From: Alphaproteobacteria bacterium
GTDB lineage: Bacteria > Pseudomonadota > Alphaproteobacteria > Micropepsales > Micropepsaceae
Assembly (NCBI GenBank): GCA_016125165.1
Contig: WGMH01000006.1
Span: 127,274 to 191,273, forward strand
Length of the DNA: 64,000 bases
Direction: 5' to 3'
Positions 45,686-57,836 of the stretch are shown piece by piece (positions within the stretch are counted from its first letter, which is position 1; each line of letters starts with the position of its first letter). A program made the translations under genes and the position numbers. The notes under the pieces were generated by a model that saw only the letters and a program-made list of their open reading frames with translations, made no database searches and was not told the DNA's origin.

Positions 45686-47242
45686 TTACGCCGCAGCGAT
45701 TTGACTTTCAACGATACGGGATCCGGGAATGGTTACGGTTACTACGGTCCCCTTTCCCGGCTCGGAATCCAGAATAAGCGTGCCGCCATGCAATTCGACC
45801 AGCTGTTTGGCGAGCGGAAGGCCAAGGCCGGAACCCTCATATTTGCGGGAGAGTCGGCTATCCACTTGGCCAAATCGTTCCAATGCACGCGGAATATCCG
45901 CGGCCGCGATGCCGATTCCCGTATCCGTCACGCTGATCGCAATGCCATCACTAGCCCGGCGCGCGACAACTGTAACCTTTCCCTTTGCTGGGGTAAACTT
46001 GATCGCATTCGAAATTAGATTGAGCACAACCTGCAACATGCGCCTGCGGTCCACGCGAATTTCAGATAGTTTGTCCTCGATACTCAAAGCAAGCGTCAGG
46101 GAGTTTGCTTGGGCTTGCCCCGCTGTCATGGTCACGGCGTTCTTGAGAATGCCTTCAATTGAAGTCAGCTCATCTGCGAGTTCCGTTGCACCGGCATCAA
46201 GACGGGAAAGGTCAAGGACATCATTGATGAGCGACAGCAGATGCAGACCGCTACGATGTATGTCCTTGGCATAACTCAGGTGACGCGAGGTGTTTCCTCC
46301 ATCGCCCATCTGTGCCGCCATTAATTCCGAAAAGCCGATAATGGCGTTAAGCGGTGTACGCAATTCATGACTCATGGCAGCAAGGAATGAAGATTTCGCA
46401 GCATTCGCCGCGTCTGCCTTTGCCAGAGCAATGCGCAATTCCAGAGATGTCTCTTCCAGGGTTTTTTTGGTTTCTTCCAGTTCAACAATGTGCGCACGAA
46501 GCCGCTCTGCCTCGCTCGACCTGCGCAGAGCAATGTAGTGATCGAGAAGCGCACCTGCGAGACCCATCCCCACAATCAAACACGTGACAGCTGCGACTGC
46601 GATAGCCAGAGTCTTGGGGTCCAGAACCACGACCGAGTACGGTATAGTGGGATTGAACACCATGGCTTCGCCGGTCATGGCGGTGAAGTGTAATGCGCAA
46701 ATGGCGATTACCAACAAAAGAGCAGCAAACTGCCGTCCGCGTGAATTCGCAATCCGTGTGCCAGCGACGGCCGCAGCCATTGATAGGCCGACGCCCAATC
46801 CGATTGCCGCAAAAACAAACGGCCAATCCCATCGCAGTACGAAGGGGCCTTCGAGCGCAGACATACCAACGAAATGCATACCAGCGACTGCCAGACCGAG
46901 TACGGCACCGCCTGTAGCCGCTCGGCCAGAGAGGATTGCGGCGAAGCCTCCCGTCGAAACAAATATTGCGACGGCAATTGATAGCGCCGTACGAAAAAGT
47001 CCGTATCCGATCGGATACGGCAGGGCAAAGGCCAATATTGCAACGAAGTGCGTGGCCCAAACGCCAGCACCGAAAGCTCCGCCCGCCGCCAATGTCCAGA
47101 GCGTTCGCTGCGCGCCAGCACTTACACGCGCCCGTGAGGCAAGGCTTATTGCAGTCCAGCATGCGAACGCGCAAAGCACGGCGGCAAGCGCCACCAGCCT
47201 TAGGTCATGTTCCTGGGTGATACAGCCGAGCACTTGAAGCAT
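45686..47242 (-). CDS. MHYT-domain sensor histidine kinase
   Basis: Repeated membrane motifs (WATHFVAILAF, GMHFVGMSAL, LHFTAMTG) then FLAAMSHELRTPLNAIIGFSEL, DTGIGI and GSGLGLPLAKQLVELHGG. Confidence 0.88.
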   Translation of the reverse strand: MLQVLGCITQEHDLRLVALAAVLCAFACWTAISLASRARVSAGAQRTLWTLAAGGAFGAGVWATHFVAILAFALPYPIGYGLFRTALSIAVAIFVSTGGFAAILSGRAATGGAVLGLAVAGMHFVGMSALEGPFVLRWDWPFVFAAIGLGVGLSMAAAVAGTRIANSRGRQFAALLLVIAICALHFTAMTGEAMVFNPTIPYSVVVLDPKTLAIAVAAVTCLIVGMGLAGALLDHYIALRRSSEAERLRAHIVELEETKKTLEETSLELRIALAKADAANAAKSSFLAAMSHELRTPLNAIIGFSELMAAQMGDGGNTSRHLSYAKDIHRSGLHLLSLINDVLDLSRLDAGATELADELTSIEGILKNAVTMTAGQAQANSLTLALSIEDKLSEIRVDRRRMLQVVLNLISNAIKFTPAKGKVTVVARRASDGIAISVTDTGIGIAAADIPRALERFGQVDSRLSRKYEGSGLGLPLAKQLVELHGGTLILDSEPGKGTVVTVTIPGSRIVESQIAAA

Positions 47243-47371
47243 GGGTCGCCATTCTTGCGACCTAGTGTCAATACAGCGTTACCAACGGAGCGTATTAGTA
47301 AAATTACGTATAACGTCTCGGCTCCCGAGGTGGGGATATACGCACTGGATGTCGATCCCATAACCCGAGTT

Positions 47372-48685
<1,314 letters not shown>

Positions 48686-48725
48686 CTAAAATGCATTTCG
48701 AAAGGTCGATTCTGGAGCGATCCCG

Positions 48726-49178
48726 ATGCGCCGAACCTTTGCGATCCTTGCGGGACTGACGTGCTTGACCTGCCTGGTGGCCTGCTCAGAGGAAAAAGTC
48801 CCTGTCGGCCGGTGGGAGGGTGCCTATGAGGCCAGCGACGTCTTTGTGGCCGCTCGCCTCGAAACGGCTTCGGACGGAACCGTCAGAGTGAGTGCCCCTG
48901 ACGCAGTCGGGGTGGTAGCCGAAAACGAGAACCAGCGCGCGGCGGTCCGCAGCAGACTCGCTGAGGGCCTTGCCAATGGCTGGGATAGCATCGCACCGCG
49001 AAAGATGGATTTTGATGGCGAGGTCTTCCGCAAGCCCGGTGGTGTCGCGCCTCAACTCGAATGGAATTCAAAGACTGAGAAGATGGTGATGGTTGTTTAT
49101 CTCGGCACCCATCCCAGCATTCGCGTCCCCCTGCGCGCAGTGAAGTCGTACAGCGACAACCCCTTTGAGCCGCAATAG
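48726..49178 (+). CDS. Hypothetical lipoprotein
   Basis: Signal peptide with lipobox (LTCLVAC). No recognisable family. Confidence 0.6.
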   Translation: MRRTFAILAGLTCLTCLVACSEEKVPVGRWEGAYEASDVFVAARLETASDGTVRVSAPDAVGVVAENENQRAAVRSRLAEGLANGWDSIAPRKMDFDGEVFRKPGGVAPQLEWNSKTEKMVMVVYLGTHPSIRVPLRAVKSYSDNPFEPQ

Positions 49179-49187
49179 CCGATAAAG

Positions 49188-49532
49188 TCAGAATTTTGCG
49201 GCTCCGAAATAGGCCGCCATCACGAGAAATCCAAAGGCCACGATATGATTCCATTTGATGGCTTCGCCCAGAAAGAAGATCGAGAACAATCCGAAGACGA
49301 GCAATGTAATGACCTCCTGCATCGTCTTGAGTTGCGCCGCGGAATAAACCTGGTGTCCATAGTGATTGGCGGGTACAGCGAAGCAATATTCGAAAAAGGC
49401 AATAGACCAGCCCGCCAGCACAAGCACCCAGATTGGCTGTCCCGGAAAGCGAAACTGGCCATACCAGGCGAAAGTCATGAACACGTTGGAAACGGAAAGA
49501 AGGAGCAATGGAGCAATCTGTGGCCAGCTCAT
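49188..49532 (-). CDS. Small DMT-superfamily membrane protein (DUF486-like)
   Basis: Four hydrophobic segments in 114 aa. SNVFMTFAWYGQFRF is typical of DUF486. Confidence 0.7.
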   Translation of the reverse strand: MSWPQIAPLLLLSVSNVFMTFAWYGQFRFPGQPIWVLVLAGWSIAFFEYCFAVPANHYGHQVYSAAQLKTMQEVITLLVFGLFSIFFLGEAIKWNHIVAFGFLVMAAYFGAAKF

Positions 49533-49726
49533 GGGGGGTCCTCACGGCGATTTGAGTGCGCTAGTCCAAGTGCCTGACATGCCAAAAAGCGCGGATTTTG
49601 GCCAGCAATAAGCGTTTTGGCGCGATCTGACCAAGACCCGGCCTCGCAATCATGTCATCGCGCACGCGTGGACGGCGTCTACGGACGGTGCGAACATGCG
49701 TTCACTTTCACGGACCGGAGGGCAAC

Positions 49727-50296
49727 ATGAATTTCCGATTGAACTATTGTGCGATGGCTACGTGCGCGTTGACCCTGTTCACTGCATCTTCGGCCGGCGC
49801 GGCCGTCACCGTCATTGGACCGGGTCTATCGCAGAACTGCTACGAGGCGGCGGAATTTTCGACTGATGCCGCCGCGGGCGTTGACGTGTGTACACGCGCT
49901 TTGAACGAAGACGCCATGAGCAGTAACGACCGCGCCGCAACATATGTAAATCGCGGAATCTTGCGCTCGCGCGACGGCAACACCAGTGGCGCCCTTTCCG
50001 ACTACAACAAGGGTCTTCAGATCAGCCCGGACTTGGCTGAAGGTTATGTGGACCGTGGCACCACCCTCATCCTGATGCATCGATATGAAGAGGCGATTGT
50101 CGATATCAACAAGGGGTTGGCGCTGAACGCGAAACAACCACATATCGCCTATTATGATCGTGCCATGGCAAACGAAGCGATGGGCAATGTGAAGGAAGCC
50201 TATTACGACTATAAGCAGGCCCTGGAACTCGAGCCCGATTTTCAGCTCGCGGAATCGCAACTCACGCGGTTCAAGGTCGTTCGCAAGAAGCCCTAG
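49727..50296 (+). CDS. Exported TPR-repeat protein
   Basis: Signal peptide (ATCALTLFTASSAGAA) and TPR-like repeats (AEGYVDRGTTLILMHRYEEAIVDINKGLALN..., AYYDYKQALELEPD). Start at ATG 49727 follows GGAGGG. Confidence 0.75.
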   Translation: MNFRLNYCAMATCALTLFTASSAGAAVTVIGPGLSQNCYEAAEFSTDAAAGVDVCTRALNEDAMSSNDRAATYVNRGILRSRDGNTSGALSDYNKGLQISPDLAEGYVDRGTTLILMHRYEEAIVDINKGLALNAKQPHIAYYDRAMANEAMGNVKEAYYDYKQALELEPDFQLAESQLTRFKVVRKKP

Positions 50297-50345
50297 ACTA
50301 CCAGGAACGTTCCCGAACTCTGCCCCCAAATCTCGGTGGTCGACC

Positions 50346-50378
50346 GGCGCGGCACATCTGTGCCGCGCCTTTTTCTTT
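50346..50378 (+). terminator. Rho-independent terminator after the TPR gene
   Basis: GGCGCGGCACA-TC-TGTGCCGCGCC (11-bp perfect stem) followed by TTTTTCTTT. Confidence 0.8.
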
Positions 50379-50516
50379 GATTATCTTCGCCAGCACACCC
50401 ATTTCGTCCGGTGACGACAGTTTGTTACAACTTACAAGCATCCCAGCCCTTTTGCGGCCATGTATCCGTTACCACACTAGGATTGGATACGACCTGCAGC
50501 GCGAATTGAGGCGGAT

Positions 50517-51902
50517 ATGTCCGTAACGGCTGAAACTCGACCCCATAGTTCCCCAGAAGGCTTCCCTAGCGGGCTGCCGACAGAGACCCGGCTTCAGCGC
50601 GCCGTCCGCATGACCCTGGAACTCGTCCGGCGCCGGCCTGTAGCAGCAGGTCTGCTGGCCTTGGCAATCTGTGCAGGTGGCTATTTTCTGATCACAATGG
50701 AGGCCGCAGAAAACGGCGAATATCTGACTGCCACCGTAGCGAGAGGCGACATTGAGGACTCGGTTACCGCCGTCGGCAATCTGCAGCCGAGGGATTACGT
50801 GGACGTTGGCGCCCAAGTCTCAGGCCAGCTCAAGAAGCTTTATGTCGATCTTGGCGATGAAGTGAAACAGGGCGAGCTTATCGCCGAAATCGATCCCCAA
50901 GTCCTGACCGCTACTGTGGAAACGGACAAAGCCAATCTCGCCAACCTTATGGCCCAATTGAGCGATCGCTCAGCGCAGACCGCGCTCGCAAAGGCTGAAT
51001 TCGACAGGCAAAAGCGCCTCATGGCCGCCAACGCAACCAGCCGAAGCACCTATGACGCCGCACAACAATCCATGAAGTCCAGCATCGCGCAGGTCGCAGC
51101 TATCCGCGCACAAATCGAGGCTTCCAAGGCGTCGCTGGCGGGCGACGAAGTCAAACTGGGGTACACCAAAATCTACTCGCCCATGGACGGCACAATTGTG
51201 TCGATAACGACAAAACAGGGCATGACAATCAACGCCAATCAGACCGCGCCAGTGATTCTGCGCGTGGCGGACTTATCTGTGATGACGGTGTGGACGCAGG
51301 TATCTGAAGCAGACGTGCCCAGTCTCCGAATCGGAATGCCAGCCTACTTCACCACACTTGGACAGCCCGGCAAGCGATACACCGGAAAGCTCTCGCAAGT
51401 TCAGCCAACGCCGGATGTAGTGAACAATGTCGTTCTTTATACCGCGACATTCGACGTGCAGAACCCAGACAATATCCTCATGACGCAGATGACCGCACAG
51501 GTCTTCTTCGTGACCGCTTCAGCAAAAAACGTGATAGTCGTGCCCGTCTCCGCACTCAAAACACGCACACGGAATCCAAGCGTCCGTCGGAGCAATGATG
51601 GTCCTACTGCGGTACAGTCGGGGCAGCAGCATCAAGGTACCGCAAGACTGGTGGACCCGGCCATTCGCTCGGCGCTCCACACACCCGGCGCAAAACGCGC
51701 ATTCGTAGAAGTGGTGAAGGATGACGGCACACTCGAGCGGCGAATGATCGTTGTTGGCGTCAAAAACCGCGTATCTGCGCAGGTTCTGGCCGGCCTTGAT
51801 GAAGGCGAAAAGGTTGTCACCGGACGAAAGGTCACGGCAACCGCAAGCCCGGATCGCAATTCCAATCGCCGGAATCGCAACTTTGGCGGTCCGCGCATAT
51901 GA
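50517..51902 (+). CDS. macA: Efflux periplasmic adaptor (membrane fusion protein), MacA type
   Basis: N-terminal membrane anchor, [18 protein letters not shown], coiled-coil region and beta-barrel. Its stop overlaps the macB start by 4 nt. An alternative start at ATG 50610 is possible. Confidence 0.85.
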   Translation: MSVTAETRPHSSPEGFPSGLPTETRLQRAVRMTLELVRRRPVAAGLLALAICAGGYFLITMEAAENGEYLTATVARGDIEDSVTAVGNLQPRDYVDVGAQVSGQLKKLYVDLGDEVKQGELIAEIDPQVLTATVETDKANLANLMAQLSDRSAQTALAKAEFDRQKRLMAANATSRSTYDAAQQSMKSSIAQVAAIRAQIEASKASLAGDEVKLGYTKIYSPMDGTIVSITTKQGMTINANQTAPVILRVADLSVMTVWTQVSEADVPSLRIGMPAYFTTLGQPGKRYTGKLSQVQPTPDVVNNVVLYTATFDVQNPDNILMTQMTAQVFFVTASAKNVIVVPVSALKTRTRNPSVRRSNDGPTAVQSGQQHQGTARLVDPAIRSALHTPGAKRAFVEVVKDDGTLERRMIVVGVKNRVSAQVLAGLDEGEKVVTGRKVTATASPDRNSNRRNRNFGGPRI

Positions 51903-53893
51903 ACCGCGCCTCTGACTCCTTCAACGAAGCAGCGACAATTGAGCCATTGATCTCGCTTCGCGGGGTTCACAAAACATTTGTCACAGCCGGCGGCGATGTG
52001 GCTGTACACGCACTTCGGGGCGTCGATCTTGATATCTATGGCGGCGAATTTGTCGCAATCATCGGCCAATCCGGTTCGGGAAAAACGACGCTGATGAACG
52101 TGGTCGGCTGCCTTGATGCGCCAAGCGAAGGGACCTACTTCTTCGCGGGACACAACGTAGCGGAGATGGAACGCGACGAACTGGCGTGGCTCCGACGCGA
52201 AGCCTTCGGGTTCGTATTTCAAAGTTACAATCTCATCAGCACAGCAACAGCAACCGAAAATGTCGAAATACCAGCAATTTATGCGGGATTGAATGCAGCA
52301 GACAGACATGCTCGCGCAGAACAATTGTTGGTCTCACTAGGTCTCGGCGATCGCATGGATCACCGGCCGAACCAACTTTCGGGTGGTCAGCAACAGCGTG
52401 TTTCGATCGCGCGCGCCTTGATGAATGGCGGGCGTATCATTCTGGCGGACGAACCAACGGGTGCACTCGACAGCCAAAGCGGCAAGGACGTGATGGCGCT
52501 TCTGCGCAAACTGGCGGATGAAGGTCACACCATCATTCTGATCACACATGACAGGACAGTCGCGGAAACCGCCAACCGCACGATCGAGATACGGGATGGC
52601 GAGATTATTGCTGACAGTGGCGCAGATATCTCGCGCGCCACGCTGCTTAATGATCCGCTTCCAGCAGCTGAAGACGGGTCCTCAAGCTTGTTTTCATTCA
52701 CCGGCATGGATGAAGCGATGCGCATGGCGGCGCGCGCGCTTCGCGCAAACATATTTCGTACGTTGCTAACGTTGCTGGGCATCATGATCGGTGTCGGTTC
52801 CGTGGTCACAATGATGGCCATTGGCGAAGGTGCCAAGCAGGCCGTCATCACACAAATCGGTTCGATGGGAACAAATCTCCTTTCTGTCAGGCCATCGTTC
52901 CGAAATTCACGCGGCTATAACGGTTCTATCGCAACGCTCATTCCGGAAGATGCAGAGGCTATTGCTAAGCTTCCAGGCATTTCGAGTGCGGTTCCCGAAA
53001 TTACAGGCAATGCCACGGTGCGGCTTGGCGGTGAGGACTACCAAACCAGCATCGACGCCACCACACCTTCGTTCGCCGACGTTCGCAGTTGGCCAGTGGA
53101 ATCTGGCGTCTTCATCAGCGATCAGGACAACGCCTCCTACGCGCCGGTCGCCGTGTTGGGACAAACCGTCGTCAAGTCGCTGATGCCAGAAGGTGGTGAT
53201 CCAATAGGCCAATACATCCTCATCAAGAATGTACCATTTCAGGTAATCGGCGTGATGAGCACCAAAGGCGCAACAGCTCGCGGCGATGATGCAGACGACA
53301 TCGTTTTTGTGCCTCTCTCGACTGGCATGTTGCGTATATTTGGGCAGCGCTTCGTGCGCTCGATCACGATCGCGGTAACGGATATCTCGGCGATGGACGC
53401 TGTTCAGGACAGCGTTTCAAAGCTGCTCACGCAGCGGCATGGCGGAAACGAGGATTTCGACATCCGGAATATGGCCGAAATCCTGGAAACCGTGACCGCG
53501 ACCCAAAATACACTCACTCTGCTTCTGGCTTCGGTTGCTGCTATTTCGCTGCTCGTGGGCGGCATAGGCGTCATGAACATTATGCTGGTCTCCGTTACTG
53601 AACGTACGCGCGAAATCGGCATCCGCATGGCGACCGGCGCTCGGACCCGAGACATACTTCAGCAATTCCTGACCGAAGCGGTGTTTGTTTCGGCGCTCGG
53701 CGGGATCGTGGGGGTTGCGGCGGGGGTCGGCGCTGCCTATCTGATATCGGCATTTGGCACGGACATCGCCTTCACGCCCTGGCCGATGCTGTTGGCATTT
53801 ACCTGTGCGGCGGCAACGGGGCTTGTTTTCGGCTTTGCACCCGCTATGAAAGCTGCAAGACTCAATCCTGTCGTCGCGCTCGCGAGCGAGTAA
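51899..53893 (+). CDS. macB: MacB-type ABC transporter (fused ATPase and FtsX-like permease)
   Basis: Walker [10 protein letters not shown], signature [15 protein letters not shown], Walker [12 protein letters not shown], and four C-terminal transmembrane helices with a large periplasmic loop. Confidence 0.92.
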   Translation: MNRASDSFNEAATIEPLISLRGVHKTFVTAGGDVAVHALRGVDLDIYGGEFVAIIGQSGSGKTTLMNVVGCLDAPSEGTYFFAGHNVAEMERDELAWLRREAFGFVFQSYNLISTATATENVEIPAIYAGLNAADRHARAEQLLVSLGLGDRMDHRPNQLSGGQQQRVSIARALMNGGRIILADEPTGALDSQSGKDVMALLRKLADEGHTIILITHDRTVAETANRTIEIRDGEIIADSGADISRATLLNDPLPAAEDGSSSLFSFTGMDEAMRMAARALRANIFRTLLTLLGIMIGVGSVVTMMAIGEGAKQAVITQIGSMGTNLLSVRPSFRNSRGYNGSIATLIPEDAEAIAKLPGISSAVPEITGNATVRLGGEDYQTSIDATTPSFADVRSWPVESGVFISDQDNASYAPVAVLGQTVVKSLMPEGGDPIGQYILIKNVPFQVIGVMSTKGATARGDDADDIVFVPLSTGMLRIFGQRFVRSITIAVTDISAMDAVQDSVSKLLTQRHGGNEDFDIRNMAEILETVTATQNTLTLLLASVAAISLLVGGIGVMNIMLVSVTERTREIGIRMATGARTRDILQQFLTEAVFVSALGGIVGVAAGVGAAYLISAFGTDIAFTPWPMLLAFTCAAATGLVFGFAPAMKAARLNPVVALASE

Positions 53894-53899
53894 ATTCCA

Positions 53900-55423
53900 A
53901 TGAAATCATCACAAATGAAACTGTTGCTCCGCACCTCGTCGATTGCGGTGTTGTCGTTGTTTGCGGCCGGGTGCGTCACCGCGCCGCCGAAGGCCCTGAC
54001 CCCGCAGCAGATTCCGACAACCTTCACCGCCCCCGCGGCGAAAGATGCAGACATCTGGCCAAAGGCCGAGTGGTGGAAGGGATTCGGCAACGACGAAATG
54101 ACCCAGATGATTGCGGCCGCTCGGGAGAGCAATCTCGACATCGCGGCCGCAGCAGCGCGCGTTCTCCAGGCTGAAGCTCAATCCGGCATAGCTGATTCGG
54201 CCCTCTTCCCCTCCGTGGACTTTACGGGCGGTGTGGATCGCACAGGCGGCAAGACCGGTGCCAGCATCAACAGGTTCAGCGCTTCGTTGGGCGCCAGCTA
54301 TGAACTCGATATCTTCGGGCGGGTGCGCGCAGATGTTCGCGGAGCCGAAGAGTCATTAAAAGCCTCGCGCTTCTCGCAGCAGGCCGTGGCGCTAACTGTT
54401 ACCGCGAACACTGGCAATGCCTATCTGGATGTTCTCGCGCTTCGCCAGCGCGTTGCCATTGCTCAGAAAAATATTGCAGCGGCAAGACGCGTGCTCGACA
54501 TCACTGATGCGAAGGTCAAGAACGGCGTAGCATCAAGGCTCGACTACGCGCAGCAGCGCGCGCAATTGGCTGGGCAGGAATCGCAAGTCCCTGCATTGGA
54601 AGAGCAGGAACGCGAAGCACGTTATGCCCTCGCCGTCCTTCTGGGGCGCATCCCGGAAGGCTTCGACGTGAAGGGCTCCGATCTCGCAAACATCTCAGCG
54701 CCAGCGGTCGCGCCTGGCCTGCCTTCGGAACTCCTTCGCCGTCGCCCAGACGTGGCACAGGCCGAAGCCGCGCTTGCCGCCGCCCATGCCAATGTGGACG
54801 CTGCACGGGCAGCATTTTTCCCGTCCATCAGCTTGACTGCGGGGGGCGGGGCCGCAAGCACAGCTCTATCGACGTTGTTCAAGACCTCGAATATCACCTA
54901 CTCACTCGGCGCGAGCCTGTTTCAATCGATCTTTGAAGGCGGGCGCCTCATCGCACAAAGCAAGTTGGCGCAAGCGCAGAGACAGGAACTTATCGCCAAC
55001 TACCGCAAAGCTGTGCTGAACGCCTTCACGGATGTGGAGAGCGCTCTCGGTCAGGTCTATTCGCTGGCCGAACAGGAGCGCTATACGCAGATCCAAGCTG
55101 ATAACGCCGCCGAGGCGTTCCGCATCTCCGAAATCCAATACCGCGAGGGCGTTGCGGATCTGCTTTCCGTCCTGCAATCGCAGCAGACGCTGTTCAGCGC
55201 GCAAGACAAGCTGGTGCAGATAAAGCTCGCACGCATTCAATCCGAAATCGGCCTATACCGCGCACTTGGAGGCGGCTGGCAGGAAGATACCGAAGAGGCA
55301 ACGCAGCCAATACCAGCTGCGGGCGTCACGCCGATCGCAGCGCCGCCGTATATCGTGCCGACGCCAAAGCCGGTGCCGGAAACGCCAAATCCTGAACCCG
55401 AGGAATCTGCGCCGCAACAATAG
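53900..55423 (+). CDS. Outer-membrane efflux lipoprotein (NodT/OprM family)
   Basis: Lipobox LFAAGC and two repeated TolC-like halves (PSVDFTGG..., FFPSISLTAGGG...). It starts 6 nt after macB. Confidence 0.9.
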   Translation: MKSSQMKLLLRTSSIAVLSLFAAGCVTAPPKALTPQQIPTTFTAPAAKDADIWPKAEWWKGFGNDEMTQMIAAARESNLDIAAAAARVLQAEAQSGIADSALFPSVDFTGGVDRTGGKTGASINRFSASLGASYELDIFGRVRADVRGAEESLKASRFSQQAVALTVTANTGNAYLDVLALRQRVAIAQKNIAAARRVLDITDAKVKNGVASRLDYAQQRAQLAGQESQVPALEEQEREARYALAVLLGRIPEGFDVKGSDLANISAPAVAPGLPSELLRRRPDVAQAEAALAAAHANVDAARAAFFPSISLTAGGGAASTALSTLFKTSNITYSLGASLFQSIFEGGRLIAQSKLAQAQRQELIANYRKAVLNAFTDVESALGQVYSLAEQERYTQIQADNAAEAFRISEIQYREGVADLLSVLQSQQTLFSAQDKLVQIKLARIQSEIGLYRALGGGWQEDTEEATQPIPAAGVTPIAAPPYIVPTPKPVPETPNPEPEESAPQQ

Positions 55424-55442
55424 GTGACGTTTTCCTGCGGGC

Positions 55443-56426
55443 CTACCGGTGCCCCAGGACGCGGTGTGGCGTATATGGCCTAGCCAATTCCCTTAAATCG
55501 CCTTCGTCGAGTTTGAGCGCAGCGGCGGAAATTGCGTCTTCCAGATGATGTGGCTTTGATGCGCCGACGATTGGCGCAGTTACGCCCGGCTGATGAAGCA
55601 GCCACGCCAGGGCCACTTGCGCATTGGAAACACCGCGGCGGGCCGCAATTTCCGATACCTTGTCGACAACCGCGAAGTCGCTCTCCTGATAATACATCAT
55701 GTGCGCGAAATCGTCGGACTGCGCGCGCGTTGTGTCACCCTTGTCCTGCCGACGGCGGTTGCCGGCCAGAAATCCTCGCGCGAGCGGGCTCCAGGGAATG
55801 ACGGCGATGCCTTCATCGCGGCAGAACGGCATCATCTCACGTTCCTCTTCGCGATAAACGAGGTTGTAATGATTTTGCATCGAGACGAAGCGTATCTTGC
55901 CCATGCTTCGGGCCACATGCAGGTATTTCGCGAACTGCCAAGCATACATGGATGATGCGCCGACGTAGCGCGCCTTGCCCGCTTTCACCACATCATGCAA
56001 CGCCTCGATGGTTTCCTCGATTGGCGTCGTGGGATCGAAGCGGTGAATCTGATAAACATCGACATAGTCCATGCCGAGCCGCTTCAGGCTGTTGTCGATC
56101 GCGTGCATGATATGTTTGCGCGACAAACCCGCCTCGTTCGGCGAGGAACCCATGGGGTTGAATACTTTGGTGGCAACTACGATCTGTTCGCGGCTCGATG
56201 CATATTCCCCAAGGGCACGGCCCAATACTTCCTCGCTCGCACCGAGCGAATACATGTCGGCGGTATCGAAGAAATTTATGCCTGCTTCCAGTGCGCGCTT
56301 AATGAACGGGCGACTAGCTTCTTCATCGAGAACCCAATCGCGCCACTTGGGTGAACCATAGGTCATGGCACCAAGACAGATACGCGAGACGGAAAGGCCT
56401 GTATTCCCGAACTTTACATTTTCCAT
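55443..56426 (-). CDS. Aldo/keto reductase
   Basis: GNTGLSVSRICLGAMTYG, FFDTADMYS and IHRFD. Start at ATG 56426 follows GGAGGG, 43 nt downstream of chrR. Confidence 0.9.
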   Translation of the reverse strand: MENVKFGNTGLSVSRICLGAMTYGSPKWRDWVLDEEASRPFIKRALEAGINFFDTADMYSLGASEEVLGRALGEYASSREQIVVATKVFNPMGSSPNEAGLSRKHIMHAIDNSLKRLGMDYVDVYQIHRFDPTTPIEETIEALHDVVKAGKARYVGASSMYAWQFAKYLHVARSMGKIRFVSMQNHYNLVYREEEREMMPFCRDEGIAVIPWSPLARGFLAGNRRRQDKGDTTRAQSDDFAHMMYYQESDFAVVDKVSEIAARRGVSNAQVALAWLLHQPGVTAPIVGASKPHHLEDAISAAALKLDEGDLRELARPYTPHRVLGHR

Positions 56427-56469
56427 GTCGCCCTCCGCATAACATTTGGCGGGCATCATAGAGCCAGAC

Positions 56470-57111
56470 TCAGAAACCGAACAGCTTTGCGATCACGCCA
56501 ACGGACCAATTCTTGAACACCAGCGGCGCATCCGTTACCGCCAGATTGATGCAGTAACTATCCATATCTGCAATCGGCGTATGCTGTGTTTCCGGTGTAG
56601 CGGTTTGTAGATCGCCCGGGCCATAGTGGCCGTACTCATCCGAAAACCCGCCCTGTAGCACCAACGTCAATTCTTCGCCGCGATGCGTATGCAGCGAAAC
56701 ACCAGATCCAGGCGCGCTACGGATCAACTGCGCGCGTGTGCCGCCACGTGTGGTGAGCGGCTTGATGGCAAGCCATGGCGTCACATGAATCCATTTGGTC
56801 TCGTCCAAGGGACGCGACAGATAGGAATTCAATGGTTCCGGGGCGCCGAAATTTGAACGCGATTTCTGCGCAGGCGCCCCGTGGGTGTTATTTAGGCGTT
56901 CCAGAGCACTATTCAAGGCGTCTGGCCGCAATATTTGCGGCTGCAATTCTTCAAGCAAAGCCCCGCCTGTGGCCTCCGCATCGGCGACAATTCGCCTGCA
57001 GGCGGGACACATCGCCAGATGCGTGGCAATGACCAGCGCGACGGGTTCCGTCATCGAGCCGGACGCATAGGAAACCAGCAATTCTTCGGACGGGTGATGC
57101 GAAATTTTCAT
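56470..57111 (-). CDS. chrR: ChrR-family anti-sigma factor (ZAS N-domain plus cupin C-domain)
   Basis: H-x3-C-x2-C zinc motif (THLAMCPAC) and a C-terminal cupin (VSLHTHRGEELTLVLQGGF). It overlaps the sigma factor gene by 4 nt. Confidence 0.88.
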   Translation of the reverse strand: MKISHHPSEELLVSYASGSMTEPVALVIATHLAMCPACRRIVADAEATGGALLEELQPQILRPDALNSALERLNNTHGAPAQKSRSNFGAPEPLNSYLSRPLDETKWIHVTPWLAIKPLTTRGGTRAQLIRSAPGSGVSLHTHRGEELTLVLQGGFSDEYGHYGPGDLQTATPETQHTPIADMDSYCINLAVTDAPLVFKNWSVGVIAKLFGF

Positions 57112-57659
57112 TCACGCCCTCCCATGGCCTGCCTAAGACGCCCCATCGCAAGGCGCAGCCGGGATTTCACTGTCCCCAACGGAAGACCGAGCTCGCGTGC
57201 AATCTCGCTGTGGGGCTTGTCGGAATAGAAGGACATTCTCACAATCTCTGCCTGTTCAGGAGGCAATACCTCCATGGCGGCCCGAAGCGTTTCGCCGTCC
57301 TCCGCCCTTTCTAGGCCACTATCAGGCGGCGGGTCGGCATCAGGGACAAATGCCGCATCGTTCGGATCGAACGCCGGCCGGCGTTCGCGCCGGATGGCAT
57401 CAATGCGCAGATTCCGGGCCACCGTGAAAATCCATGTCGCCGCGCTGGCCTTGGCAGGGTCATATAGTGCCGCCTTGCGCCAGACGGTGAGCATGGCTTC
57501 CTGCGCCAAATCCTCGGCCTGCGCCGAACCAGCGCCCAATCGCATCAGATAAGCCTTGATGCGGGGGGCGAAATGGCCGAACAGCGCCGCAAAGGCAGCG
57601 CGATCCTGTGCGGCGCCGACCAATACCAGCAGAGAATTGAGGTCCGTGCCTTCGCTCAC
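57108..57659 (-). CDS. rpoE: ECF sigma factor, RpoE (ChrR-partnered) type
   Basis: Region 2 (AAFAALFGHFAPRIKAYLMRLG..AEDLAQEAMLTVWRKA..WIFTVARNLRIDAIRRERR) and region 4 (EIARELGLPLGTVKSRLRLA). I place the start at GTG 57659 (183 aa), because the ATG at 57776 lies within a few nt of the predicted promoter -10. The start remains uncertain. Confidence 0.8.
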   Translation of the reverse strand: MSEGTDLNSLLVLVGAAQDRAAFAALFGHFAPRIKAYLMRLGAGSAQAEDLAQEAMLTVWRKAALYDPAKASAATWIFTVARNLRIDAIRRERRPAFDPNDAAFVPDADPPPDSGLERAEDGETLRAAMEVLPPEQAEIVRMSFYSDKPHSEIARELGLPLGTVKSRLRLAMGRLRQAMGGRE

Positions 57660-57785
57660 GCCGGCATCCGCAATCTTAAGCCGGAAAAATAGACGGCGCA
57701 CACCCCGTTCGCACGGCAAGGGCCGGGAGGGGAGAATAGGCCATTGGGGCTCCACGACTGGGGCATGCGCCATCATAACCCGGAA

Positions 57786-57811
57786 TACGCCCGCTCACGC
57801 CAACCGGATCA
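57786..57811 (-). promoter_or_regulatory. Candidate RpoE-dependent promoter of rpoE-chrR (TGATCC-N16-CGTA on the minus strand)
   Basis: The minus strand reads TGATCC GGTTGGCGTGAGCGGG CGTA. TGATCC is at 57811-57806 and CGTA at 57789-57786. Confidence 0.6.
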
Positions 57812-57836
57812 CTGCCCTTCGCTTCAGATGCCCAGA

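Noticed and set aside
47243-47371. AT-richer 129-nt gap between the MHYT kinase and aatA, examined for an ncRNA or riboswitch
   Set aside because: I found no convincing stem-loops, conserved riboswitch cores or terminator. It is most simply the kinase promoter region.
50462-50490. GTATCC-N17-GGATAC inverted repeat upstream of macA
   Set aside because: The arms are only 6 bp with a long spacer, and no adjacent regulator gene is present. It is too weak to call.
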